Assembly: GCA_965217585.1 (NCBI GenBank) | Contig: OZ244561.1 | Span: 4,832,001 to 4,896,000 of the forward strand | Source of the DNA: Candidatus Latescibacterota bacterium | Lineage (GTDB): Bacteria; Latescibacterota; UBA2968; UBA8231 | Length of the DNA: 64,000 bases | Direction: 5' to 3' | Part shown: one piece after another, positions 47,706-57,062 of the stretch | Layout of the letters: every line of letters starts with the position of its first letter | Position numbering within the stretch: position 1 is the stretch's first letter | Position numbers and translations under genes: made by a program | Notes under the pieces: model-generated | What the model saw: only the letters and a program-made list of their open reading frames with translations | Told to the model about the DNA's origin: nothing | The model's database searches: none

Positions 47706-48284
47706 CTACGTCCCAGCGGTGATAGAAAATTGGCTCATTGACAACCTGCCGGTAACTTCGCTGGAAAATCCGACGAAGGAGAAACCGTAACTCTCGGCCC
47801 GGCTCAACACCTGTTCGAGGGCGACGGGATGGCCCGGGTCGGCAGACCAACTGCGGTGCCATTGGTTTTCATCTGCTGCAAGTGCAAGGCGATTGGCCGT
47901 CCAAACGCCCTCTTCTAGAGCGAGAGGATGGGCTGTGTAGTGCCAGCGCGTGCTAGCGGCGTGTACCCAGAAGAAACACTGGGCACCGTCCAAACGCAGC
48001 CGATCGGCCCTCAGGTGGACTGCAACTGCGGACTGGCGCATATCGAGCGGGTCAACGCCGACCCAGCTGCGGTAGCACAGCAGCGGCAGGATAGACAGGG
48101 GGCGCTCCGGGGTATCGGCGCTCCAGCGCCGGTGATCGGTCCAGATAAAGCTCCCATTGTCCACACCGCCCTGCGCGGCCCAAGTGGCTAGGATGAAGAT
48201 ATTGCTACCGTCGGCCACCATGCTGGCGTGGTAGTCGTACGAACACCAGCCTTCTGGCCCTTTGTCGAAGTTGTTTTTCATCAC
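47706..48284 (-). CDS. Hypothetical protein
   Basis: GAGGAG RBS; Trp-rich 192-aa ORF; family not recognised. Confidence 0.65.
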   Translation of the reverse strand: MMKNNFDKGPEGWCSYDYHASMVADGSNIFILATWAAQGGVDNGSFIWTDHRRWSADTPERPLSILPLLCYRSWVGVDPLDMRQSAVAVHLRADRLRLDGAQCFFWVHAASTRWHYTAHPLALEEGVWTANRLALAADENQWHRSWSADPGHPVALEQVLSRAESYGFSFVGFSSEVTGRLSMSQFSITAGT

Positions 48285-48395
48285 ATTCTCTCCTCAGAAG
48301 CGTTTTTAAAACCCGGGGTCTGAGTAGCAATAGGTGCGATCCAAGGTGATCAGCCAATCTTTCCGGGGCGGTAAAAGGGTAAAAGGAATCAAGGG

Positions 48396-49145
48396 TTAAC
48401 GAATCCTTAAAAGGCGCACGCCAACGCCAAGGTGGCGGGCGTCGGGCGAGGGGTTGGCGCGAGCCGCCGACCGCACACCCTGGGCATCATAGCGGAAGTC
48501 GCCGCCCCGAATGACGCGAGTAGAGCCGACGGTATACCAGTCCTGTACCCATTCCCAGACATTCCCATGCATATCATACAATCCCCAAGGATTCGCTTTC
48601 TTCAGACCCACTGCATGACTCATACTCCATCCATTCGCAGAATACCACGCATAGTCAGTAAGCTGACTCTCGTCATCCCCAAACGACCACCGCGTCGTAG
48701 TACCCGCCCGACACGCATATTCCCACTCCGCCTCAGTCGGCAAACGATACAGCACCCCACCCGCCGCCACATTCAACTCCTCTATGAAAGACTGCACGTC
48801 TTTCCAAGAAATATTCACGGCCGGATGAGACGGCCCCCTGAGCGCATCGTCTTTCTTAGATGGAGGCCGCGACCCCATGACCGCCTCCCACTGACCCTGC
48901 GTCACCTCATACTTACCCAAGTAGAACCCTTGACTGATCTCCACCTCCCGTACCGGCCCTTCATCCTGATTTCGTCCCACCTCCGAATCCGGCGATCCCA
49001 TCTGAAAGGTCCCAGGCTCAATCCAAACAAACACCATCTTGGCACCATTAGGCAAAGAAAATGTCTTCTCAGCGCCCGTCGAGTTGTCGCCGAGGCAAGC
49101 AATCGGTACCAGCAACCCCAGCAGACATACGGTCAAAAACTTCAT
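48396..49145 (-). CDS. FGE-sulfatase (SUMF1/C-type lectin fold) lipoprotein; candidate DGR target
   Basis: F.MGS, KYEVTQ.QW, RLPTEAEWEYACRAG, NPWGLYDMHGNVWEW, RVIRGG; PIAC lipobox-like. Confidence 0.9.
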   Translation of the reverse strand: MKFLTVCLLGLLVPIACLGDNSTGAEKTFSLPNGAKMVFVWIEPGTFQMGSPDSEVGRNQDEGPVREVEISQGFYLGKYEVTQGQWEAVMGSRPPSKKDDALRGPSHPAVNISWKDVQSFIEELNVAAGGVLYRLPTEAEWEYACRAGTTTRWSFGDDESQLTDYAWYSANGWSMSHAVGLKKANPWGLYDMHGNVWEWVQDWYTVGSTRVIRGGDFRYDAQGVRSAARANPSPDARHLGVGVRLLRIR

Positions 49146-49265
49146 AGCTATAGCTCCCTTATATAGAAGAATGAAAGAAGTGAGAAACAGTCATGTACTC
49201 TGCCATCGCCTAATCCTCCGATTGGGTTTACACAATACGCGGCCGTCCGGGCGGGACCTGTCTCT

Positions 49266-50876
49266 CTAGCGCTCGAATCTGTAGGTGAAGTCCACGGTCT
49301 GGACCGGCTCGCCGCGGTAGTCGTATCTCAGCACCGCGTCCTTCACCGTGACCTGGATGTCGCGGACGTCCGGGTCCAGCCCCGTAAACAAGACGTAGCC
49401 GGACACCTCCTGGCGGTTGAAGACCGCGTCCGCCGTGAACAGCGCCTCGCGCAGCAGCTCATTGCGATCCCTGCCTGGGGAGGGGACTGGGGCGAAGTAC
49501 GCAGGAGCCAGATTGTGCCACTTGCGGCCATCGGGGGACCGCATCACGATGCTTGCCGGGTCGATGAACACCTTCGGGTAGTAGTAGTTTCTCACCCCAA
49601 GGCGGAACACCGTGCTATGCCGGAAGTCTCCCCGCGCCGGGAACTGGCGGTTGAGCTCTTCGGCCGTCATGGGGCGCAGGGACACCTCGAAGCGGTTCAG
49701 GGTGAAGCGAACCGAGCCGTCGTCGGCCACGGTCATAGCCTCCGCCTGCTCGGCAGCAGGGCGCAAGGAGGCCTTGTCGGCCGTCTCTGCGTATCGGGTT
49801 CCATCGGCCAGCGAGAGCGTAGCGATCAGACAACTCACGCAGCCGATCAGCACCCCCACACGCAGCATCTGATGCCGCTGCACAGGTCTTCGGTCAGACT
49901 GTTCGTCGACCAGAGCGCGGATACGTGCGACGAGACTTGACGACTGGACTACCGGCAGAGAGGCAGTGGAGTTGAAATAGCGCGCGTTCATGGCGATCTC
50001 CATTAGATGGCGGCCATACGATGAGGATCGCTGGCCGGCGTTGAGCACGAAGTCATCGCACGCCTTCTCTTGCTCCAGGCGCAGACATCTGAAGGCGTGC
50101 CAGACCATCGGATGGAACCAGTAGAAGGCGGTGATGATGCGAGCGAAGAGCTGTGTGGTCTGGTCGCCGCGACGAGCATGGGCAACCTCGTGTAGCAGTG
50201 CGATCCTGATCCGGTCGGCGGGCCAGGTCTGGGCCGAGAGAGGAATGGCCACGGCTGGCCGTATGAAACCCCAGGTAACCGGTACCGGTATGCGCGGGCT
50301 GACCAGTATGCGGATCGGTCGCCGGACCAGTCCGTTGCGTTCCAGCTCTGCGGCGATGTCGGCCCATAGGCCGCTGGTCACACAGCGGGCATCGGCCAAC
50401 CAGCGTCTTCTCGATCGGTAATCGCGCACAAGCCCGGATAAGGAGGCGATGAGCCCGGCCATCCACAAACCCAGTAAGAAGGGATACAGCCTGGATGATC
50501 CGGTGCCGGAATGGCTGGAAGCCAGAATGCCATCGAGCTTGCCGGCCAGTGGGGAGCCCGGCGGATCGCTGTTAATCTGCGATGGAATCGGCGAAAGTCC
50601 TGGAGGGGATTTCACCGCTGCTTCGCCGTCGTATAGTGAAACGGCTCCCTCGAATATCCCCGATAAACCGGACACAAAGGAGAGAGGTGGCAATAAGATA
50701 GAGAAGGCAGGAAGCAACAGGAGGGCGAAAAAAGCGGCCAACCACAGGGCGTGACGCAGCGCCGCCGATGAGCGCCACAGGGCCGTCATGAGCCATGCGA
50801 TCGACACAATGCCCGCGCTTTTGATCGTCATTTCGAGCAGGAATCTGGCGGCATCAAAGGAGGAGGCTCCGGCCAT
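49266..50876 (-). CDS. BlaR1-like M56 metallopeptidase fused to an unknown C-terminal domain
   Basis: SAALRH.LW, LLHEVAH.RRGD, WFHP.VW, E.ACDD. Confidence 0.88.
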   Translation of the reverse strand: MAGASSFDAARFLLEMTIKSAGIVSIAWLMTALWRSSAALRHALWLAAFFALLLLPAFSILLPPLSFVSGLSGIFEGAVSLYDGEAAVKSPPGLSPIPSQINSDPPGSPLAGKLDGILASSHSGTGSSRLYPFLLGLWMAGLIASLSGLVRDYRSRRRWLADARCVTSGLWADIAAELERNGLVRRPIRILVSPRIPVPVTWGFIRPAVAIPLSAQTWPADRIRIALLHEVAHARRGDQTTQLFARIITAFYWFHPMVWHAFRCLRLEQEKACDDFVLNAGQRSSSYGRHLMEIAMNARYFNSTASLPVVQSSSLVARIRALVDEQSDRRPVQRHQMLRVGVLIGCVSCLIATLSLADGTRYAETADKASLRPAAEQAEAMTVADDGSVRFTLNRFEVSLRPMTAEELNRQFPARGDFRHSTVFRLGVRNYYYPKVFIDPASIVMRSPDGRKWHNLAPAYFAPVPSPGRDRNELLREALFTADAVFNRQEVSGYVLFTGLDPDVRDIQVTVKDAVLRYDYRGEPVQTVDFTYRFER

Positions 50877-50878
50877 CT

Positions 50879-51268
50879 TCAGCGTCCTTTCTCTCTCGCT
50901 TCGGTCAGTAGCGCATCCAGCCGGGCGATTTCCTCTGGGGTCAGCTTATCCCCTTCCAGATCGATGAGAGCGGCGATCGCCCTGGATGGTGAACCGCCGA
51001 AGAACGTGCGCAGCACCTGGCGTAGCGCGGATGTTTGGGTCTGTTGATGCGGCCAGGTCGGTGAGTAGACGAAGCGCGGTCCCTCTTTCCGGTGTTTGAG
51101 ATAGCCTTTGTTTTCGAGATGCCTCAACCAGGTCCGCACCGTCGCGTTGGTTAAGGCAGGCGATAAGTCCTCTTGCACTTGACTGGCTGTAGCCTCGCTG
51201 CGCCGGAAGATGATGTCCATGATCTGGCGTTCCCGGCGACCGAGTTCGAGATAGTCGTGGTCACTCAT
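50879..51268 (-). CDS. BlaI/MecI/CopY-family repressor
   Basis: LGRRERQIMDII, TVRT.L..LE.KG.L, FFGGS. Confidence 0.92.
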   Translation of the reverse strand: MSDHDYLELGRRERQIMDIIFRRSEATASQVQEDLSPALTNATVRTWLRHLENKGYLKHRKEGPRFVYSPTWPHQQTQTSALRQVLRTFFGGSPSRAIAALIDLEGDKLTPEEIARLDALLTEAREKGR

Positions 51269-51284
51269 AGGTATACCTCACGAA

Positions 51285-51322
51285 AAATGTTATTATACTA
51301 ACATGTTAGTATAATAACATTT
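51285..51322. promoter_or_regulatory. 38-bp perfect palindrome, probable BlaI-family operator/promoter
   Basis: AAATGTTATTATACTAACA|TGTTAGTATAATAACATTT, 16 nt upstream of the repressor ATG. Confidence 0.85.
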
Positions 51323-51355
51323 ATGATTGAAAGCAAGAGGATATAGGCTGATCGG

Positions 51356-52234
51356 TTAGCCCATCACGCCGGCCGATTGGGCGCAGGTGGCGAAGAATTC
51401 GTCGGTTTGCTGTGCGATGCGCACTGGGGTTAGAGGTTTGATTTCGAGTACAGCATCCCCCTGAAAATTGATCGCCGCTAGGGCGTCGAGCAGGTAGCGC
51501 CAATCCGCTGCGGGTATTTTGCCGGTGCCCGGCATGGTGTGTAGGCGGCCGATGCCCACGTCATCGCCTAGCGCATCGCTGATGTGCAGGTGGCAAATGC
51601 GGTCTTGCAGCCGATCGACGTACTCTTTGAGGGGAAAGCGTTTGAATTTTTGCACGTGGGTCGTGTCGAGGCAGATTCCAAGGTCGGCAAAGCGCGCCAG
51701 CGCCCGCTGCAAAATGGACAGGTTCCACAACTCAGGATTTTCTTCTTGCTCGCCTTCGGATGCGTTTTCCAGCGCGATCTTGACGTTGTTCTGGCGCGCG
51801 TACTCCAGCACCTGGGCGGCAAAAGCGAAATCGGGATCGGGGCCATCGAGATAGAGATTGGCCGCGTGCACTACCAGGACCTGACTGCCCACTTGCGCCA
51901 CCGTGTCGATTTGGCGGTGGTAGCTCTCAATGGTATTGTCGCCGCCCGTGTGCCAACTCGAGCGCACGCCGCGCAGGATTTGCGCCAGCCGAGGCCGGTG
52001 CTCCTCGGCGTAGAGATCGAATTGTTGGGACACCAGAGCTTCCCGGGCGGGGCTCGTCCACTCCCAGCTAGCCCATTTGGGCCACAACTCAACGCCGTAG
52101 CCTGCGGCAGCCACTTCGTCGACGACTTTTGCCAGACTGTCCAAGCCGCGGTCTAGGGCAAAGCTGGTGCCGCCTTTTCTCAAGGGGAAATAGTGAATGT
52201 AATTCCACAGGCTGATGGAGATATTCAGTTGCAT
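51356..52234 (-). CDS. Sugar phosphate isomerase/epimerase (AP endonuclease 2 TIM barrel)
   Basis: IALEN, ICLDTTH, HLHISD, H.MPG.G, VLEI. Confidence 0.88.
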   Translation of the reverse strand: MQLNISISLWNYIHYFPLRKGGTSFALDRGLDSLAKVVDEVAAAGYGVELWPKWASWEWTSPAREALVSQQFDLYAEEHRPRLAQILRGVRSSWHTGGDNTIESYHRQIDTVAQVGSQVLVVHAANLYLDGPDPDFAFAAQVLEYARQNNVKIALENASEGEQEENPELWNLSILQRALARFADLGICLDTTHVQKFKRFPLKEYVDRLQDRICHLHISDALGDDVGIGRLHTMPGTGKIPAADWRYLLDALAAINFQGDAVLEIKPLTPVRIAQQTDEFFATCAQSAGVMG

Positions 52235-52273
52235 GGGGCCTCTTTTCTCAAGTTGGTTTGCGGTGGTTAGCTA

Positions 52274-54214
52274 TTACCATCCGTGCATGCGGTGTCCCTC
52301 CGCTGGGAACCAGATCAGATCCACTACCATGGAAAAAACTACTCCGACCACATAACCGATGGCCAGGCCATAGAACAGGGGTTTACCGGCGATGTAGGCC
52401 TTGGCCCCGCCGTAGCGCAGCAGGGCTATTTTGACAATCCACACGATGAACAGACTGAACCAGTAGAGGCGGAGACCGAACGTGTGCTGGAAGGCCAGGC
52501 CGATGGGATGGAAGGGGAACCAGTGGAAATAGCCGCGCAGCAGGGCGATGAGCGCGGCTTCGCCAAAGCCGAAGAGCCACACCGCCCACTTGCCTGGGTC
52601 GGGCAGCATGGGGTTGTTGAGCAGATAAACCATGTCTTGGAAGATCCAGTTGGCTTTGCCGCCGAGGAAAAGCAGGCCGCCTCCATCATAGGCTAGGCTG
52701 ATCGTCTCGATGGCCAATACGACGAATCCGATGGGAAAGGCGATCAGGACCATTGCCGTCAGCCGCCCGGGCTGCCGCTCTAGGGAAAACAGGCGGAAGC
52801 AGTGAGGCAGAGCTGGCCAGGCCGGGATGCGGAAGGTGCCGAAGAAGGCATTGCTGGTGAATACCTTAAACGCCACTAGGCTGCGCGGCGACTGGAAGGC
52901 CGAACCGACTAGCTCGATGAGGAAGGAGTCGCCCTTGATATGGGGTTTGTTGGGCAAGAGATAGGCAAAGCCGGTGGCGGCGACGAGTTTGGCTATGACG
53001 AAGTAGGTCAGCGTCATCAGCAGGAAAGCGCCAATAGCCACGGGCAAGCTCATGCCCAGTTGCACTCCCCAGCCGATGACGCTGAGCGCCGACAGAATCA
53101 GGCCAGCCAAGGCCAGCCGGTAGAGCGCGACCTGACGTGGCTCGCCCTGGCCGCTGCGCACTTGGTGCCACACCTGACGCAAGTGGCGTCGGGCCAGCCA
53201 GATGGACCACAGGCCGATGAAGACTAGGGCGCCGTAGCTCTCCATGTAGATGATGTTTTGCGCCTCGGGCTGCTGGCCGGCGGCACCCACGGCAAAGCCA
53301 CCGATGGAAAAGCCGGTTCGCTTCATTATGGCGATCTTGAGCGCGGCCAGCAAGTGGAAAAAGATCAGGCTGCCGAGGATGTCCACCGGACACAAATAGG
53401 TCACGGCCATGATCAGCGGCAGAATGCGCACGGTCAGAAAAAAGTCCGGTGTCAAGTGAAGATCGTAGAATTTCCAGTAGAATTCGACGGGTGGCAGGCC
53501 TAGGGCGAAGTAGGTGGCGATATTGTAGAGTATGGGCAGGAAAACCAAGGCGAAGCCAATCCAGAAGACGGGCTTGCGAAATAGCTCGGGCCGTTGCTTG
53601 TCCTCAAAGCCACGGGTCAGGTCTAAGGGCATTTGCGCCAGTGGAAAGGTCAGCTTCTCGGCCTCAACCCACTGTTTGTGGAAAAGGGCGATTAGGCAGA
53701 AGCCGAAGACTACCATGCCCATAGAGACGCCGAGCCACTGGCCAATGGCACCGATCCACCCGTCCCAGGGAATGGAGCCCCCTTCGGGCAGGCCAAACCA
53801 AAACGGATCGATTACCCGGGGAGAGGGATTGGCAAAGACGTGCCAGGGAAGGTAGTGGAAAAGGGTCTCTTCCCACTGGTTCTCGGCCGTGGCGAAGTAA
53901 CTTGGTGACCCCATGATCGAGGTCCAATAGGTCATCCAGCCCAACTGCGGAATGGTACCCACTACCCAGAGCATGGAGAACAGGGTCAGCAATTCGCCGC
54001 GGCTGAGCGCTAGGCGCGGCCAGAGTGCCCTGAGCGCGGTATTGAGGAAGAGCCACAGCACAAAGGGCATGAACGTGGCCATGGGGAATTGCGAGTGGAC
54101 GTAGCTACCTATCCCTAGGCGCTGGCCAACGTTGACGATGTAGTAGAAGTTGGCGGCTATGGTCAGGGTGCCTAGGACAATAGCGCGCGCGGTGATCTGC
54201 GGCGAACCGCTCAT
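52274..54214 (-). CDS. DUF6785/DUF6784 polytopic membrane protein
   Basis: YFATAENQW, KQW...EKLTFPLAQMP, WFPFHPIG, LRYGG, PLFYGL.IG. Confidence 0.85.
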   Translation of the reverse strand: MSGSPQITARAIVLGTLTIAANFYYIVNVGQRLGIGSYVHSQFPMATFMPFVLWLFLNTALRALWPRLALSRGELLTLFSMLWVVGTIPQLGWMTYWTSIMGSPSYFATAENQWEETLFHYLPWHVFANPSPRVIDPFWFGLPEGGSIPWDGWIGAIGQWLGVSMGMVVFGFCLIALFHKQWVEAEKLTFPLAQMPLDLTRGFEDKQRPELFRKPVFWIGFALVFLPILYNIATYFALGLPPVEFYWKFYDLHLTPDFFLTVRILPLIMAVTYLCPVDILGSLIFFHLLAALKIAIMKRTGFSIGGFAVGAAGQQPEAQNIIYMESYGALVFIGLWSIWLARRHLRQVWHQVRSGQGEPRQVALYRLALAGLILSALSVIGWGVQLGMSLPVAIGAFLLMTLTYFVIAKLVAATGFAYLLPNKPHIKGDSFLIELVGSAFQSPRSLVAFKVFTSNAFFGTFRIPAWPALPHCFRLFSLERQPGRLTAMVLIAFPIGFVVLAIETISLAYDGGGLLFLGGKANWIFQDMVYLLNNPMLPDPGKWAVWLFGFGEAALIALLRGYFHWFPFHPIGLAFQHTFGLRLYWFSLFIVWIVKIALLRYGGAKAYIAGKPLFYGLAIGYVVGVVFSMVVDLIWFPAEGHRMHGW

Positions 54215-54217
54215 GGG

Positions 54218-55726
54218 CTACAGGGCCGTTGAAAACAGTTTAGCCCGCGCCAACTGGAACCGCAGCGAGACGTTCTGGCCCTTGAGCACCGACAGGTCGC
54301 TCCGGCCTTTCCAGGTCACTGTTCTGGCGATATGGTCCCCTTCCAGCACATCGCAATCTTCCAAGCCAAAACCTGCGAACTCCTCCAGCGGCGCAGCCGG
54401 CGTGGTCGGCCGATGCGCCAGCCCCACCTTGACCCAGCCGCCCTGCTGGGTGTGAAAGTTGAGCCGCAGTTCAACTCCCTCGCAGGGGCGTTCTACCGTG
54501 GAGAATCGCCCTTCGGTTGGCACCTCCAGAGCGACCAAACGATCCGGCTGCCACAAGGCCCAGCGGTACTCGCTTATGGGTTTGTCCACAGTGGACAGAA
54601 AGGCACCGCCGCCGTCGTGGCGCTGGTAATAACACAAGACGGGCAGCCCCCACTCGTCGCCGATGGGCACCAGATTGGGGCTGGCGTAGAGGGCACCGTA
54701 TTCTTCGCCGTGGATGTGGCACCCAATCACGGGCTGGCGCTCGGGGCGATGCCACAGCCAGCCATCGCGGCTGCTGGCCAGTTGGATGTCTAGGGTCGAA
54801 GAAAGCCGGTGATAGATAGTGGGAAACATCAGGTGGCGCTGGTTGCCCGGACAGCGACAGTAGCAGGAGGTGTACAGGTCCTCGTCCGGGGCGTCGTGGG
54901 CATCGACGGTAAGTACTAGCTGGGTGGGATGCCAGTTGCCGAATTGGTCGCCGCCAGTGCGTCGCACCGAGCGCCGTCGCTCCAAGTTGCCGCGCAGATA
55001 AGCCACGTACTCGCCGGTGTCCTCGTCGTAGGCAGCGATGTTCTGGGTGTCCAGTTGAGTGTGTTCTGCGTCGTAGAGAGGCTCGTCCAGCACGGTCCAG
55101 CGCAGCCCGTCCGGGGATACAGCACCGCGTAGCTGATGTCGTATATCGGCTTCGGCATCGATCTGCTCCGGGCTGTAGCCGTTCAGTTCCATAGCCCGGC
55201 GCACTTCGCGAATTTCCAGCTTGGTCTGGCGGTCGTTGGGCACGGGCTGGCCGCGGCGGTAGAGCTGGCCGCGGGCCTCAATGGCTTTGTAGCGCGCTTC
55301 CGGTGGTGCGGTTGGATCGCGGAAGAGAGAGTGGATGTCAAAGGTCTGGTGGTCTTGGATGATATTGTTGGCCGTCGAGCCTTGGTACTCGTACAGGCCC
55401 AGTTGGGGGAAGTCCCAGTTGAAGCCATCGGCACTCTCGGCGTAGCGGTTGAAGCAGCCCGATTGTTCCGCTGAGGTGCGCTGGTCGTACCATAGGCGCA
55501 GCCGACCTTCTTCGCGCAGCACCATCATGTGGCTGAGGCTGTTTTGCTCCCAGGGGGGATCCGGCCGCATGAAAACTTCGGATACGTGCGCCGGTTGTAC
55601 CTTGAGGCCGATGCCCTGCGGCGGATCTTGGAGCCAAGCGCGGCCATTTTCGTCGCGGCCTGCCTGTCCCGGCCAGATGCCGAACCAATCGAGGAATGGC
55701 TGAGGCACCAAAGGCGTTTCGCGCAT
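54218..55726 (-). CDS. GH32/GH43-like beta-propeller protein
   Basis: PWE, YAESADGF.W..P.LG, DTQN, SRDG..W.RPER.P; close paralog of 46171-47688. Confidence 0.8.
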   Translation of the reverse strand: MRETPLVPQPFLDWFGIWPGQAGRDENGRAWLQDPPQGIGLKVQPAHVSEVFMRPDPPWEQNSLSHMMVLREEGRLRLWYDQRTSAEQSGCFNRYAESADGFNWDFPQLGLYEYQGSTANNIIQDHQTFDIHSLFRDPTAPPEARYKAIEARGQLYRRGQPVPNDRQTKLEIREVRRAMELNGYSPEQIDAEADIRHQLRGAVSPDGLRWTVLDEPLYDAEHTQLDTQNIAAYDEDTGEYVAYLRGNLERRRSVRRTGGDQFGNWHPTQLVLTVDAHDAPDEDLYTSCYCRCPGNQRHLMFPTIYHRLSSTLDIQLASSRDGWLWHRPERQPVIGCHIHGEEYGALYASPNLVPIGDEWGLPVLCYYQRHDGGGAFLSTVDKPISEYRWALWQPDRLVALEVPTEGRFSTVERPCEGVELRLNFHTQQGGWVKVGLAHRPTTPAAPLEEFAGFGLEDCDVLEGDHIARTVTWKGRSDLSVLKGQNVSLRFQLARAKLFSTAL

Positions 55727-55909
55727 ACCGGACTCCTTTCAATAGGACTAGTACCAGATTGTATTCGAGCTGCCGCTTCGTCCCGCAGGGGGACCTGCAA
55801 AACAGTTAGGATATCAGTGGTTCAAATTGGTATAAAACCTGTGTTGTGGGAAGAAAGAACCTATTTTATGGTCGGCTACTGTATTGTCGCTTCCCGAATC
55901 ACATAGAAT

Positions 55910-57060
55910 ATGGCTCGCTTGGTTCTCTTTTTTTTTTTGCTGCCGCCACGAGTGCCCACGCTCAGGCTAGGGACGCTTCTGGGGCGGCGGCTATTGCCTA
56001 TCACAGCGCCAAGGTGCTCTTTGAGAAAGGCGACTTACAGGGCGCGGTGCAGTTCTATCACCGCGCCATTGAGCTCGACCCCCAGCGCCTCGCCGCTCAC
56101 CTCGATCTGGGCGTCGCCCTCTTTCAACTCGGCGATGCGGACGGTGCTCTGGCAGCATTCCGCACGGTCCTGCGCCTCGATCCCGAACACGCGCTAGCGC
56201 ACAGCTACCTAGGCAATGTGCTGTACAGCCGCCGGGATGTCGAGAGCGCGGTGCGGTCCTATCGCCGCGCCATTGAACTCGACCCCGCATTGGCTCAAGC
56301 CCACAGCGACCTAGGTGCCATCTTCTACGGACTGGGCGATGTGGAAGGGGCCATTGCCGCGTGCAGCCGGGCGGTCGAGCTCGAGCGCGACCATGTACAG
56401 GCGCGCTACAACTTGGGCTTGGCCTTCAAAAAAAAAGGCGATTCGGAGAAAGCGGTCCAATCCTTTCGGCGTGCCATGCAGGCCGATTCTACCTACGTTC
56501 CAGCCCGCTACAGTCTGGCTCTGCTGCTCTATGAGCGGGGCAATGCAGCAGAGGCCATCGCTCAGTACCACCAGATCATCGGCCTAGACCCCAAGCATAG
56601 CCGCGCCCACAACAATCTAGGCCACATCCTCTACAGCCGCGGTGATGTCATCGGTGCCATGGCGCTCTTGCAACGCGCCCTCGAACTAAACCCCGACTAC
56701 GCCCAGGCCCACTTCAATCTGGGCTTGGCCTGCAAAAAGCAGGGGCGGATCGACGAGGCAGTGCAATCGTTCGGTACTGCTCTGCGCCTGCGCCCGGGCC
56801 ATGTCCGCGCCTACAACCACCTAGGTGCCGCGCTCCACGCCCGCGGCGATAGGGGTGCTGCGGTCCAGGCCTACCAGCAGGCTATCCGCCTCAAGCCCGA
56901 CTTTGCTGGCCCGCGCTTTGGGCTGGCCACCATCCTGCAGGAGCAGGGCAATGAGGCGGCCGCCGTTCAGCAGTACCGTGCCATTATCAGTACCGGCGAC
57001 GATGAGCACTTACAGCGCATGGCGCAACAAATCCTCCGCGCTATGGGGGAAAAACCGTAG
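55910..57060 (+). CDS. Secreted TPR protein, frameshifted at a T11 tract in the signal peptide
   Basis: About 10 TPRs (A..NLG); ATG 55910 MARLVLFFF joins FAAATSAHAQA only if the T-run 55928-55938 is 12 or 9 long. Confidence 0.78.
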
Positions 57061-57062
57061 AT

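Noticed and set aside
55816-55829. AGTGGTTCAAATTG resembling the IS1-like IR
   Set aside because: Single partial match with no partner IR or TSD
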